64,000 bases of DNA from Pseudomonadota bacterium (GTDB taxonomy: Bacteria > Bdellovibrionota_B > Oligoflexia > Oligoflexales > CAIMVM01). The notes below the pieces were generated by a model, which saw only the letters and a program-made list of their open reading frames with translations, was not told where the DNA came from and did no database searches. The stretch is taken from contig JBAXBA010000006.1 of assembly GCA_037142195.1 (NCBI GenBank), positions 1 to 64,000 on the forward strand. The letters are read 5' to 3'. Made by a program: the position numbers and the translations under genes. This document shows, one piece after another, positions 45,712 to 55,633 of the stretch (the stretch's first letter is position 1; the number at the start of each line of letters is the position of its first letter).

Positions 45712-46797
45712 TTAGGAAACCCTCCTTTCACCGAAGTTTTTTCCTTTAAGCCTAAATACATAGCGGATCACTTCAGAAACAGCTTTGTAGAGACCCTCTG
45801 GGATCTCATCTCCAACCTCTAAGGTTTTATACATGGCCCTTGCTAGAGGCTTATTCTCAACAATAGGAACATCTGCTTCTTTTGCGGTTTCCCTCATTTT
45901 AAGGGCAAGAAAATCGACCCCCTTCGCAACAATAATCGGGGCGCCCATGCCTAATTCATAATGAAGCGCTACCGCATAGTGAGTTGGATTGGTTATGACA
46001 ACGGTGGCTTTCTTTGTCGCCGATATCATTTTTCCTGCAATCATGTCTCGTCCCATTTTTCGAATTCTGTTCTTGATTTGGGGGTCAACTTCCTTCTTTT
46101 TAAATTCTTCTTTTAAGTCTTGCTTACTCATCATCATTTTCTTTTCAAGGCTTATCCACTGATAGAAATAATCAGCTCCAGATATCACAAGAAGAGCCGC
46201 ACAGACGGTCCAAAAAAGATTTTTAATAATCTCTAGAAAGTAGACCAGCATTTGTGCCGGAGGTAGGTTGATAAGGCTAGGAAGACGGTTAATTTGGTTT
46301 CCCAATATGATCCAAGAGGCCGTAGCCACAACACACATTTTAGCAATTCCTTTGAGGAGTTCGACGATATTTTGCATGCTTAGAAGGCGCGCAAAGCCTG
46401 ATATAGGATTGATTTTTTCAAAACTGGGTTCAAGTTTGCTCCAAGAGAAATTAAGCTTTGTCTGAAGGAGGGTAGAAGTAATCGCAACTAAGGACGGGAT
46501 GAGACAAATGGGCAAGATGATTGTAAGACCTGATATCCAGATTTGACTAAAAATTACGGAGAAATTGAGCTCAGTGATTTCGTGACTGGCGATTCTGCCG
46601 AAAAACAGCATGAAAACGCCTCGTATTTGTTCAAATAGCCATGATGAATTGAGGACTAGAAAGGCGAATACACTGATAAGGGCTAAGGTGCTAGTCAGAT
46701 CTCTAGACATGGCGACATCGCCACGTTCGCGGAAGTCTTCGCGACGCTCATCGGAAGCGTCTTCGGTCTTGTCTTGTTGATCTTGATCTTCAGCCAC
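45712..46797 (-). CDS. flhB: Flagellar export switch FlhB
   Basis: DKTEDAS, LLKGIAK, MMSKQDLKEE, ITNPTHYAVAL autocleavage motif. Confidence 0.96.
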   Translation of the reverse strand: MAEDQDQQDKTEDASDERREDFRERGDVAMSRDLTSTLALISVFAFLVLNSSWLFEQIRGVFMLFFGRIASHEITELNFSVIFSQIWISGLTIILPICLIPSLVAITSTLLQTKLNFSWSKLEPSFEKINPISGFARLLSMQNIVELLKGIAKMCVVATASWIILGNQINRLPSLINLPPAQMLVYFLEIIKNLFWTVCAALLVISGADYFYQWISLEKKMMMSKQDLKEEFKKKEVDPQIKNRIRKMGRDMIAGKMISATKKATVVITNPTHYAVALHYELGMGAPIIVAKGVDFLALKMRETAKEADVPIVENKPLARAMYKTLEVGDEIPEGLYKAVSEVIRYVFRLKGKNFGERRVS

Positions 46798-47591
46798 TAG
46801 TTACCTCTTGGGGCTAAAAGATGAATGGACGTAAAAATGCTGTTAGCTTGCTGTTCAAAGTTTCCTTTAAGCCAGGTGGAATAGAAGCTCATGGTGCCTA
46901 TATAGAGGAGGAGACCAACCATGAAGTTGACAGCAAAGCTTAAGGAAAATACGTTAAGCGCAGGTACAGCTCTCGCCATAAATCCCAACGCGGCGGTGCT
47001 AAACAGAAGCGCAACGGTGATCGGAGCAGCAATTTGGATAGCGGAATGGAACATGGCCCCGCTGCACTGAATCATGGAAGTGGCAAGTTCTGGATTGAGT
47101 GAAAATCCTCCTGGGGGGATCACTTTAAAGGTTTCGATAATGCCCATTATAAAGACGTGGTGAAGGTTCAAGGAGAAGAATATCAATATATATACGGTTC
47201 TTTGAAATGAAGTGAAGGAATCCATAGTCATATTGGAGCCGGGAGCCATGAGATTTCCAGCCCCAAAGCCCATTTGATACGACACGAGGTTAGAACCGAG
47301 TAGGATCGCGTCAAAGGCTAGTCGAGCTGCAAGACCAACGACAAAGCCAATGGCAATTTCTTTGAGTACGAGAGAGGTTAGAACCAAGGGGTTTGTATCG
47401 ATTGGCGTGAGCCAGGCCCCGGAAAGCATCGGTGTTAAGATCAAGGAAAGAGATAGGGCTATAAACATACGAGACTTTACCGGTACAATCGACTCACCAA
47501 AAACAGGCAAAGCAAAAAGTATGGCACCTGTCCTTAGAAATACTAAGGCCGTCCTAAATATCAGGTCTGTATCAATAAAGTCAAATTTCAT
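46797..47591 (-). CDS. fliR: Flagellar export protein FliR
   Basis: R..AILFALPVFG, KEIAIG, YQMGF, IAAP, RAVPALNVF. Confidence 0.93.
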   Translation of the reverse strand: MKFDFIDTDLIFRTALVFLRTGAILFALPVFGESIVPVKSRMFIALSLSLILTPMLSGAWLTPIDTNPLVLTSLVLKEIAIGFVVGLAARLAFDAILLGSNLVSYQMGFGAGNLMAPGSNMTMDSFTSFQRTVYILIFFSLNLHHVFIMGIIETFKVIPPGGFSLNPELATSMIQCSGAMFHSAIQIAAPITVALLFSTAALGFMARAVPALNVFSLSFAVNFMVGLLLYIGTMSFYSTWLKGNFEQQANSIFTSIHLLAPRGN

Positions 47592-47595
47592 GGAC

Positions 47596-47865
47596 CTACC
47601 TGGTAATATTGGGAATGCTTTGGATAAGGGTTTTTGTGTAGAAGATAAATTGTTGAAGTATCCAAGGTCCTGTGATGATCATGGATGCCGTAATGGCTAT
47701 GATTTTCGGCACAAAGGAAACCGTTTGTTCTTGAACCTGAGTAGCAGCTTGAATCACTGAGATAAGGATACCTACGACAAGTGCCGCAATCAATGCTGGT
47801 GCAGCCACTTTGAGAGTGAGCCAAACGGCTCCTGTTGCCACATCGATAACATACTGTTCAGACAT
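47596..47865 (-). CDS. fliQ: Flagellar export protein FliQ
   Basis: VGILISVIQAATQVQEQTVSFVPK, GPW. Confidence 0.96.
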   Translation of the reverse strand: MSEQYVIDVATGAVWLTLKVAAPALIAALVVGILISVIQAATQVQEQTVSFVPKIIAITASMIITGPWILQQFIFYTKTLIQSIPNITR

Positions 47866-47879
47866 TCTTTAATCCTTTT

Positions 47880-48659
47880 TTAGCTGAATATGTGAAAGCT
47901 TTTAACTAAGGACGTAATGATAAGCGACCATCCATCAACCAATACAAATAGGATGATTTTAAAAGGGAGTGAGACGACAGTAGGCGGAAGCATCATCATA
48001 CCCATAGCCATTAGAATGGAAGATATGACCATGTCGATGATCAAAAAAGGAATATAAATTAGAAAGCCGATTTGAAATGCTGTCTTTAGCTCTGAGATCA
48101 TAAAAGCAGGCATGAGAACGTTAAAGGGAACATCCTCAGGTCCTTTTGGTTTCTCGATTTTTGCTACGTTATAGAACAGCGCTAAATCATCTTGTCGGGT
48201 TTCCGATAACATAAAATTTCTAATCGGAGTCTTTACTTGCTCCAAGGCTTGATCCGTTGTGATCTTCTTTTCAACATAGGGAGTGTAAGCTCGCTCGTTT
48301 ATATAGGAAATGACGGGACTCATTGTGAACATCGTTAGAAACAGAGCGAGCCCTACTATGACCTGATTGGGTGGCATGGATTGTGTTCCAATAGCCTGTC
48401 GCACGAACCCTAGAACTACTAAAATACGCGTAAAAGATGTGGTCATAAGGAGAATAGCCGGAGCGACCGCTAAGACTGTCAGTATGGCTACTATCTTCAG
48501 AGAAGGAACAATGTCGTCAGCGCCATTGCCCTCTGCCAAATTGATACTCAAGGTGGGGACTTTGGATTCTGCAAGAGCCCAAGTGCTATTTATAAATAGC
48601 ATCAGCGTCGCTAAGATGCGCAGGATGTCTTCCTTAGATATTTTGGCGACTAGTTTCAC
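47880..48659 (-). CDS. fliP: Flagellar export protein FliP
   Basis: MTTSFTRI, PPNQV, PAFMISELKTAFQIGF, GMMMLPP, LFVLVDGW. Confidence 0.97.
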   Translation of the reverse strand: MKLVAKISKEDILRILATLMLFINSTWALAESKVPTLSINLAEGNGADDIVPSLKIVAILTVLAVAPAILLMTTSFTRILVVLGFVRQAIGTQSMPPNQVIVGLALFLTMFTMSPVISYINERAYTPYVEKKITTDQALEQVKTPIRNFMLSETRQDDLALFYNVAKIEKPKGPEDVPFNVLMPAFMISELKTAFQIGFLIYIPFLIIDMVISSILMAMGMMMLPPTVVSLPFKIILFVLVDGWSLIITSLVKSFHIFS

Positions 48660-48668
48660 TTTTTATCC

Positions 48669-49883
48669 TTAAAATTTAGGAAGATCTTTCATTTTTTGTC
48701 TAATAATACTTGTTACATCTTTGATGGCGTCTGTTGAATTTGGTTTCGCGCCGTTGTCATCAATTTTGACGTTGATTTTACTACCTTTGATAGGAGCTGA
48801 AGTTTCGTTTTCTTGATCAACATTTTTTTGAAAAATTGATTTGCGAGGTAGTGAGTCCTGATCTGAGGATCTAAAAGATCGGTTATCCATAGATTTCGAT
48901 TCCATCGAAGGGAGCGCCTTTCTAACAGCAGGACCAGCGATTTCAGGAGCCATCTGTTTTGTCGCACTTAGTTTTATGGGTGCTTCAGGTTTTTGAATGT
49001 GGGTGATAAGGCTAACACTATCGTTGGAAACTGCTAAAAGAAGCTTTTCACCACCAACTTCAATAAGGGACAACTGTTGCTTGGCATTTAATGCCATTGT
49101 TGAAAGTCGTTTCATGGAAACCATGTCTGAGTTGGATCCAAGTGATTTTCGGTTCTTTATAACGCCCTTCATATAGAAGGCGGCGATAGCTAAAATCATA
49201 ATAAAAGCGATGAACAAGCTCGCATTACGCATATTCGCGGCAAGACTCATTTTTTCTTCACGTTTGGGAGAGTCAGTGGATAGGGCAGCGACCTTTTCTT
49301 TGGCGTCATTTGCAGATTGCTGGGAAGCCAGGCTAGTGGCTATATCTGCCTTTTGCAAAGAGGCAGTTTGTTCTGGCAAGGCGGTTTTTGGCTGCTGAAG
49401 GGCCAAGAATTCTTTATGATTGAGCGTGAGAATGATGCGATTTTCTACGATATCCATTTTTATAGTTTGCTTGATTTGTAGAGCGTCATCGGCAAATATG
49501 CGGATAGAAGAAGATGAGGTTTCAGGCTGGAAGATGGCTATTTTCTTGAAATAGGGACTGGTAGTTTCCATAAAAGTACCAGGTTTTGCAGCTTGTGAAT
49601 CGGCGATCTCTAGTTGTAGAAAGGTGCCATGTTCTGAAAGAGCTACCTTAGTCGGGTTGATCGGTTGGGAAAAAATGACAGTAATTCTTGAGATATCAGA
49701 GTCAGCATCGGATTCCACGGTATTAAGGGTAGCTTCAGATGGACCCGATTTGGAAGTGCTTTCTTCGATAGATTTCATAGCCGTCTTTTTGGAAGGGCTT
49801 GAGGAGGATGCCGCCAGGCAGATTGACGACAAAAAGTATAGTGCGGCAGCTGCAAAAGTTTTTTTAATCATCGATTTTTTCAT
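48669..49883 (-). CDS. fliO: FliO with N-terminal periplasmic extension
   Basis: Sits between fliN and fliP; signal peptide, beta-rich periplasmic part, TM, then LNAKQQLSLIEVGGEKLLLAVS (FliO motif). Confidence 0.8.
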   Translation of the reverse strand: MKKSMIKKTFAAAALYFLSSICLAASSSSPSKKTAMKSIEESTSKSGPSEATLNTVESDADSDISRITVIFSQPINPTKVALSEHGTFLQLEIADSQAAKPGTFMETTSPYFKKIAIFQPETSSSSIRIFADDALQIKQTIKMDIVENRIILTLNHKEFLALQQPKTALPEQTASLQKADIATSLASQQSANDAKEKVAALSTDSPKREEKMSLAANMRNASLFIAFIMILAIAAFYMKGVIKNRKSLGSNSDMVSMKRLSTMALNAKQQLSLIEVGGEKLLLAVSNDSVSLITHIQKPEAPIKLSATKQMAPEIAGPAVRKALPSMESKSMDNRSFRSSDQDSLPRKSIFQKNVDQENETSAPIKGSKINVKIDDNGAKPNSTDAIKDVTSIIRQKMKDLPKF

Positions 49884-49897
49884 ATTTTTTCCTTCTG

Positions 49898-50314
49898 TTA
49901 ATCCAAGTTGCCAATTTGACCGAGTCCAAATTGAGCGGTTACGTCGGTAAGTCGAACGCCAAACTTCTCGTTGACCACCACGACTTCACCCAGCGCAACG
50001 AGCTTATTGTTGATGAGAATCTCCATAGGCTCTCCTGCGATTTTGTCTAATTCAATTACGGATCCTTGACCCAATTGAAGGAGATCATTGATCAACATCT
50101 TGGTTCTTCCGAGTTCGACTGATACTTTAAGAGGGACATCAAGGATCATTTTAAGCTTCGAAAAGTCAGTTTTTGATGCTCTTGCATCATCAAAACCAGC
50201 TAGGTTCTTGGCACGGTCGGTCTCCGCATGGCTTTCTCCGCCCTGGGAATCCGATATTGCCTGGTCAAATTCTTGTCCTAGTCCAAAATCTTCTGGGTTC
50301 ATTCCGTCTGCCAT
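49898..50314 (-). CDS. fliN: Flagellar motor switch FliN
   Basis: [41 protein letters not shown]. Confidence 0.97.
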   Translation of the reverse strand: MADGMNPEDFGLGQEFDQAISDSQGGESHAETDRAKNLAGFDDARASKTDFSKLKMILDVPLKVSVELGRTKMLINDLLQLGQGSVIELDKIAGEPMEILINNKLVALGEVVVVNEKFGVRLTDVTAQFGLGQIGNLD

Positions 50315-50323
50315 AGTAGCTCC

Positions 50324-51310
50324 TTAAGATTCTATAAGTGATTCGGTTATTTTTACGGCTCTTTGCCCTTTTAATACTCCTGGAATGCACTTAAATTTGG
50401 TGATGCCCTCTACTAACAAATCTAAGGGTTTGGTGGCGTCATGGCTAAGTTGTATGACATCTCCAGGTTCCAGGTGGGCAAGGTCGTGGACAGTTATATC
50501 GGCTGTTCCCAGGCTAATAAGGATGTTGGCATGAGTGCGCATGATTTGTTCTTTAATCCTGTGGATCCAAATATAGTCCACTTCCAACTGTTCAGATTGA
50601 AATCCTACGCTTAGTTTTGATTTGATAGGCTCGAGAGTAGAATAAGGGATGACTATTTTTATGGTCCCAGAAACTTTTTCTAGCTCGACGTCAAAGGTAG
50701 TCGCGATTACCACGTCTGATGGTGGGACTACAGCTACGAATTGAGGATTTATTTCCGTTCTGCTGTAGCCTATTTTAAGAGGATATACGGGTTCCCAAGC
50801 TTTTTCTAAATCATCTATCGCTGATAGCACGACTCGCCGCGCGATCTTAATTTCGATTTGTGTGAAGTCTTTGCCTTCAATTTTTGTATAGGGTACATCG
50901 TTTCCGCCGAAGAATGAGTCTACGAGGGCATACAGTAGCTTTGACTCGATCACCATAACAGCTGCGCCTCTCAGCGGATCGAGGCGGAGTATGTTGAGGC
51001 ATGATGGAAGGGGGAGCGAATTCATAAATTCTGAGAACTTAAGAGGCCCCGTAGAATTTACGGACAGGTTGGCCATTTTTCTCAAGGAGTTTGATAGTGT
51101 CACTCGAAAGAGTCGAATGAATCTATCGTGGATGATGTCTAGGGTAGGCATTCTTCCGCGAATAATTCGATCTTGATTTGCTAGATCATACTGGACGACT
51201 CCTGCAGCCGCATTGAGTTCGGAGCTAGCACCGTCATCGACATCTATGCGGTTGTCAGATACAGCTGATAACAGTGCATCGACTTCAGATTGTGAAAGAA
51301 CTGAATTCAT
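50324..51310 (-). CDS. fliM: Flagellar motor switch FliM
   Basis: LSQSEVDALL CheY-binding peptide, RIIRGRMPTL, FGG, E.NPQF, LEPIKSKL. Confidence 0.97.
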   Translation of the reverse strand: MNSVLSQSEVDALLSAVSDNRIDVDDGASSELNAAAGVVQYDLANQDRIIRGRMPTLDIIHDRFIRLFRVTLSNSLRKMANLSVNSTGPLKFSEFMNSLPLPSCLNILRLDPLRGAAVMVIESKLLYALVDSFFGGNDVPYTKIEGKDFTQIEIKIARRVVLSAIDDLEKAWEPVYPLKIGYSRTEINPQFVAVVPPSDVVIATTFDVELEKVSGTIKIVIPYSTLEPIKSKLSVGFQSEQLEVDYIWIHRIKEQIMRTHANILISLGTADITVHDLAHLEPGDVIQLSHDATKPLDLLVEGITKFKCIPGVLKGQRAVKITESLIES

Positions 51311-51318
51311 GTTTTTCC

Positions 51319-52035
51319 CTATTCAACGAGAATATCAGTGATGTAAACAGCCTCGACTTTTTTATCTAGAACTTGATTGAGTCTGGTAAATATTTCATAT
51401 CTAAGTTGGTCTTTGCCGTCAGGTCCTAGAAGAAACTCCATGGTTTTTCTTGAAGAAGTGCTGACCACGATGTCTCGGATTTGGGGAACTCGACTATCGA
51501 GCTCAGTTTTTTGAGGGTCTCCTCCTCTGTACTCAAGGGTTACTTCAAGCCGAAGGTATTTATTTTCCAAAGGGTTTCCGAGGTTCATATGAAATGGTTT
51601 TAATGGGAATGTTTGTCCATAGTTGGAAGCAGCTGCGTCGGTTTTTTCTTTTTTTCCGTCTCCATGGCCATCGTCTTTTTTAGCTTCGCCATGTTCATCG
51701 GTCTTTTTGGCTTCGCCGTGCCCATCGTCTTTTTTGGCTTCACCGTGCCCATCGTCTTTTTTGGCTTCACCGTGCCCATCGTCTTTTTTGGCTTCTCCAT
51801 GCTCGTCGCCATGGCCTTCCGCGCTCGCCTGTTCTCCATGACTGTCGGGAGCATTTTGCGCTGCAGCTTTTTTGGACCCTTTACTAAGAAAGAAAAAAGC
51901 TCCTCCTGCTCCTAGAAGAACCACTAAAAGACCAGCTCCCCCCATGATGAGGAGTTTCTTTTTGTTGGGTTGTTCTTTAACTTCCTCACCAGCTGGGGCT
52001 GCGGGGTCTTTTTTTTCTTCCTTTTTGTCGCTCAT
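51319..52035 (-). CDS. fliL: Flagellar basal-body protein FliL
   Basis: KKKLLI plus TM, LKPFHMNL, PQIRD, GKDQLR.EI, VYITDILVE. Confidence 0.92.
   Translation of the reverse strand: MSDKKEEKKDPAAPAGEEVKEQPNKKKLLIMGGAGLLVVLLGAGGAFFFLSKGSKKAAAQNAPDSHGEQASAEGHGDEHGEAKKDDGHGEAKKDDGHGEAKKDDGHGEAKKTDEHGEAKKDDGHGDGKKEKTDAAASNYGQTFPLKPFHMNLGNPLENKYLRLEVTLEYRGGDPQKTELDSRVPQIRDIVVSTSSRKTMEFLLGPDGKDQLRYEIFTRLNQVLDKKVEAVYITDILVE
51667..51801 (-). repeat. Five 27-bp coding tandem repeats in fliL (HGEAKKDDG)
   Basis: Units start at 51667, 51694, 51721, 51748 and 51775. Confidence 0.95.
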
Positions 52036-52100
52036 GATTCGCCAATCCTTTGACGCAAATATTTAAGTTTCGATTTTCTTGTGACGGTTTGCATGTAGCT

Positions 52101-52116
52101 TGCAAGAAGTGTGACA
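52101..52116 (-). promoter_or_regulatory. Sigma54-like promoter candidate for the fli/flh operon
   Basis: TGTCAC-ACTTC-TTGCA; matches TGGCAC-N5-TTGCA except GT in place of GG at -24. Confidence 0.4.
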
Positions 52117-52622
52117 GTTTTTTTAGTTCGTTTGCCTAGCTGAAACTTGCTAGACAATCGTTAACTAATTGTGAAAGTCTCAATTTTTAGATGGTGCAGC
52201 GCTGAATTCGGGCGTCATAGATTGGGCGCTACGACAAATAGATGACATAGCCTAGGTTGAGATTTGACACCCGCCCTCTTTCCATGCTTCATCTCGAAGG
52301 CTGTTGATATTTTCAACAGCCCTGAAAGCTAAGCGTCGTGAATGAATAGGAATTTGTATTAGGTTTTCTGTTTTCTAAGCCTTCATGTATGTAAATAAGG
52401 TTATAGAAGTGCACAATAAAGATACACGCCGTGCCTGGCGTATGTGAAATCTCAAAATTTGAGATTCTGGTGAAGTTTTTTTCCAGTAATAAAGGTATGA
52501 TGAAAGTTCAGGCTCATTACTATGTTAAGCCTTGGTAATGTATTATATATTGTTGGTATTAGCTGCGCTCATTTACGGTTGTGCTTTAAGCTGGTGCCTA
52601 GTTTTCCTTGAGGGAGAGGATC

Positions 52623-53087
52623 ATGATGTTTCGCAAAGCAGTCAGTTTTATTTTTGTAGCCTTTTTTGTGTTTGCATGTACCCGTCAGCATGACCCAAGA
52701 GCTTATTGGGCTCAATATAAAAAGGAACGCTTAGATTCAGCGGTTCAGGCGCCAAAACTAAATGCGGATGGGACTATTCCTGAAGTAAAAACACAAGCCA
52801 AAGTCGCTGCTTCTCCTGGCGACGCTAAGTATGAATCCTTATGTGTTTCTTGTCATGGCTCAGACGGGGCCGCAGCAGGCCCTGCGGCTTTAGCTATGAA
52901 TCCAAAGCCAAGGAACTTCACTGACGCCGCATGGCAAGGAAAAGTGACGGATGAACATATTGCTTTGGTGATCAAGAATGGTGGGGCTGCAAATGGACTC
53001 TCTGCTACGATGCCAGCTTGGGGAGCCGTAGTAAGCGACTCTGAAATTGCGGACCTCGTGAAAAAGGTTAGATCATTTAAAAAGTAA
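52623..53087 (+). CDS. Monoheme cytochrome c lipoprotein
   Basis: VFA-C lipobox, CVSCH, PKPRNFTD, TMPAWG axial Met; start at the ATG 52623 after GGAGAGG. Confidence 0.9.
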   Translation: MMFRKAVSFIFVAFFVFACTRQHDPRAYWAQYKKERLDSAVQAPKLNADGTIPEVKTQAKVAASPGDAKYESLCVSCHGSDGAAAGPAALAMNPKPRNFTDAAWQGKVTDEHIALVIKNGGAANGLSATMPAWGAVVSDSEIADLVKKVRSFKK

Positions 53088-53137
53088 TTTAAACTCGACA
53101 AATTGAGACTCTCCTAGAACAATTAATTTTTGCAAGT

Positions 53138-53174
53138 GAATCGGCCGTCTTCATGGAGACGGCCAATTCTTTTC
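53138..53174. terminator. Terminator between convergent genes
   Basis: GAATCGGCCGTCT..AGACGGCCAATTC stem followed by TTTT. Confidence 0.7.
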
Positions 53175-53314
53175 ATAGTTTTTTTTCAAAATGGAAAAGC
53201 AATGCACAGCTTTCCTTTTTGCAACTTTAGAGTTACTGCTTTGAAGTATAGAGCCCGCTGTCTCTTTACTTCAAATATCGCTTCGAAGATTTTCCTAATT
53301 CAACCAAATAGATC

Positions 53315-54952
53315 TCAAGCAGATCGTCTTAATTTTACAAATTCGCCGAGTCCTTTACGAGAGCCCGTAGTACCCGTCTTTTCTTCCAAAAATTCAATAA
53401 CACCCCGTTGCAAATCGCCTAATCTAGTGGATGAATTTGAAGACTTCAAGTTTCCTTCGGTTCTCAGATCGTCTCCAGACCAAGTGACATTTGTCCCGCC
53501 TGGATCTTTTACAACACTAGAGTCTCGTTTGTCGATCTCTTCTAAATTGGCATAGAGTGCATCTTTTAAATTTCCTGCACCGCCTGGGGCCATTACAAAC
53601 CCAAAGCTTATGTCATTGTCATTTAAGGCAGCTCCTCGCCCTCCCTCGGACATTACGACTACAATCAAATTGTGTCCTTCTGCTATGGTCGATGCGAGCA
53701 TATTTAAGGATAAAGCCAGTTGTCGCATCCCTTCGATATAGGTGAGAGATTTAATGACATCTTCTGGCTTATTTTGCGTATCAATAATGATACTATCTAA
53801 ACTACTTCCGTCGAGGTCGTTAATATTGAGAAATAATTGAAAATTCCGAAAGGGTTTACCAGGTATTTTCACGGCGTTTTGGACAAATTTCGCTTGGGCA
53901 AGAAATTCAAGGGATGCTCCCTTTCCTGTATTCGCTTGATTGCATGCAGTTTGTACATTGATATTTTGAAACTTGGACTCAAGTTGACCTGCCGCATTAA
54001 GAGAAACCAAACTATCAAGTAACTTTTGTTGGTTACCCAGAAGTTCCATTCTTAGTTTAGGATCTTTTTGAATGAGCCGGTCAAATTTTAAAGTTAGATT
54101 TTTTTGAGGGTCAGTTTGTAAGTCAACATGTTTTGCTTTGACACTTTGCTCTACTATACTTACAAAATCCTTTACGGGGCGCCCATTGAAAATGGGCTGC
54201 TCGCCGACGTTCCCAAGAATTACGTTGGTCGGATTACTTCCCTCCGCCTTGTCGTAATTGCCCCCCATATTAAAGGCCGCAATTCCCAACGGGCTTTTGA
54301 TGACGCCTGTTTCACCCAAATGCAGTGCTAATTCTGAGCGATCGGTTGCAAGCTTGAAAGCTTTTAAAGAATGATTGTTGCTCATGGTTTGACTTAATGA
54401 CAGAGCCGCCTGAATGGCTACTTTTGACTCATCAGGAAATGGACTCAGTTGCAAGCCTGCATTATTGAGAATATCCGTGTCTGCTTTGCCAGTAGCTAAA
54501 ATATCAGCAAACCATTTATTCATTCTAAGGTTAGAAAAACGAGGTATATCTGAGATTGCATCAGCTCCTTTTAACTCCATATGTGCGCCAGCTTCGCCTG
54601 ATTTTGATTTAATACTTGGGTTGTCGCCAGTGACTATATTTCCATCCCTTTTTCCAAGTTTAAACACTAATGGCGTGTGCACGTGATTGACGACTTTGAT
54701 GGTTACCAATGTCCAAGTGTCTTGGGACGACTGCGCCTGAGCCATGGAATGTTCCAAGCGAAGAAAATGGCCTACGGATTGGGACACCATAGCAAGGTTA
54801 TACCAAGCGTCGGTGGCAGCTAGTCTAGAAAGTATTCGAGGATCCGTTAAACTTGAAAATAGGGGTACACCCCCTAGTCGATCAAGAGCAAAAGCGCCTG
54901 CAAATCCAGTAAATAGTGATTGATGTAAAAATTTTCTTCTGTCCATAGTCAT
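53315..54952 (-). CDS. Tat-exported DUF1501/DUF1552-like protein
   Basis: MDRRKFL twin-arginine signal; C-terminal LIVVVMSEGGRG resembles the DUF1501 VVVMSEFGR motif. Confidence 0.65.
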   Translation of the reverse strand: MTMDRRKFLHQSLFTGFAGAFALDRLGGVPLFSSLTDPRILSRLAATDAWYNLAMVSQSVGHFLRLEHSMAQAQSSQDTWTLVTIKVVNHVHTPLVFKLGKRDGNIVTGDNPSIKSKSGEAGAHMELKGADAISDIPRFSNLRMNKWFADILATGKADTDILNNAGLQLSPFPDESKVAIQAALSLSQTMSNNHSLKAFKLATDRSELALHLGETGVIKSPLGIAAFNMGGNYDKAEGSNPTNVILGNVGEQPIFNGRPVKDFVSIVEQSVKAKHVDLQTDPQKNLTLKFDRLIQKDPKLRMELLGNQQKLLDSLVSLNAAGQLESKFQNINVQTACNQANTGKGASLEFLAQAKFVQNAVKIPGKPFRNFQLFLNINDLDGSSLDSIIIDTQNKPEDVIKSLTYIEGMRQLALSLNMLASTIAEGHNLIVVVMSEGGRGAALNDNDISFGFVMAPGGAGNLKDALYANLEEIDKRDSSVVKDPGGTNVTWSGDDLRTEGNLKSSNSSTRLGDLQRGVIEFLEEKTGTTGSRKGLGEFVKLRRSA

Positions 54953-54954
54953 CC

Positions 54955-55632
54955 CTATCTTGAAATAATAAACGCATAGGATGCGAGCATAGAAGCAACT
55001 GCCTTTTTAGGATCCATCAAACAGGCTTGTTGAAACTCCAATGCTACGGATTCATAAAGCTCATGCTTCGGAGAAATACTAGGCAGGCACCTAGCCATCA
55101 TTTGTTTCGCGGTATCTATGGTATCGCATTGACAGAGCTTATTTGCAGGGGTGCAGTTGTCTGCTACCACATCAGCCACCGTATTTATAGATCCGAGATA
55201 GTTTATGCTTAGACTATCTGAGTTTGTCGACAGACGATTTTCGGTTTCTTTAGACAATAAGTCTTTTCCTGCAACTGTAATGGCGTTGCTATTTACTTTA
55301 TATAAATCTTTATTCAAAAAGCCTTTACTATCGACACCCGTAACGATCATGTCGTCTTTGACTAGGGCCATATTTTCACCTAGGCATGTATCAATAGATG
55401 AAGATAAAAGTTGCGAGTTCTTTACCTGCAATCCTGCTCCATTTCCGGACACCTCTGAATTTACTAAAATGGAATTCTGTTCAGTCGATTTATTGGCATT
55501 CTCTGAAGAGTTGCTTGAAGATACGCTACCTTGATTCAGGCGCCTTTTCATTTCTTTTGAGGAATTTTGATTGGAGCATGATGCAGATCCATAGATAGCG
55601 ACTAACAAGAAAGAGATAGTTGAATAAAACAT
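54955..55632 (-). CDS. Cys-rich hypothetical (lipo)protein
   Basis: Hydrophobic N-terminus ending SAS-C, Ser/Asn linker, six further Cys; 1-2 bp from both neighbours. Confidence 0.7.
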   Translation of the reverse strand: MFYSTISFLLVAIYGSASCSNQNSSKEMKRRLNQGSVSSSNSSENANKSTEQNSILVNSEVSGNGAGLQVKNSQLLSSSIDTCLGENMALVKDDMIVTGVDSKGFLNKDLYKVNSNAITVAGKDLLSKETENRLSTNSDSLSINYLGSINTVADVVADNCTPANKLCQCDTIDTAKQMMARCLPSISPKHELYESVALEFQQACLMDPKKAVASMLASYAFIISR

Positions 55633-55633
55633 G

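Noticed and set aside
52040..52200. c-di-GMP-I riboswitch upstream of fliL
   Set aside because: GGCAAA is present on the minus strand, but the following stem and GCAAAGC pattern are missing.
52538..52693. 51-aa hydrophobic ORF (MYYILLVLAALIYG...) before cytochrome c
   Set aside because: It overlaps the cytochrome gene by 71 bp and has no clear RBS.
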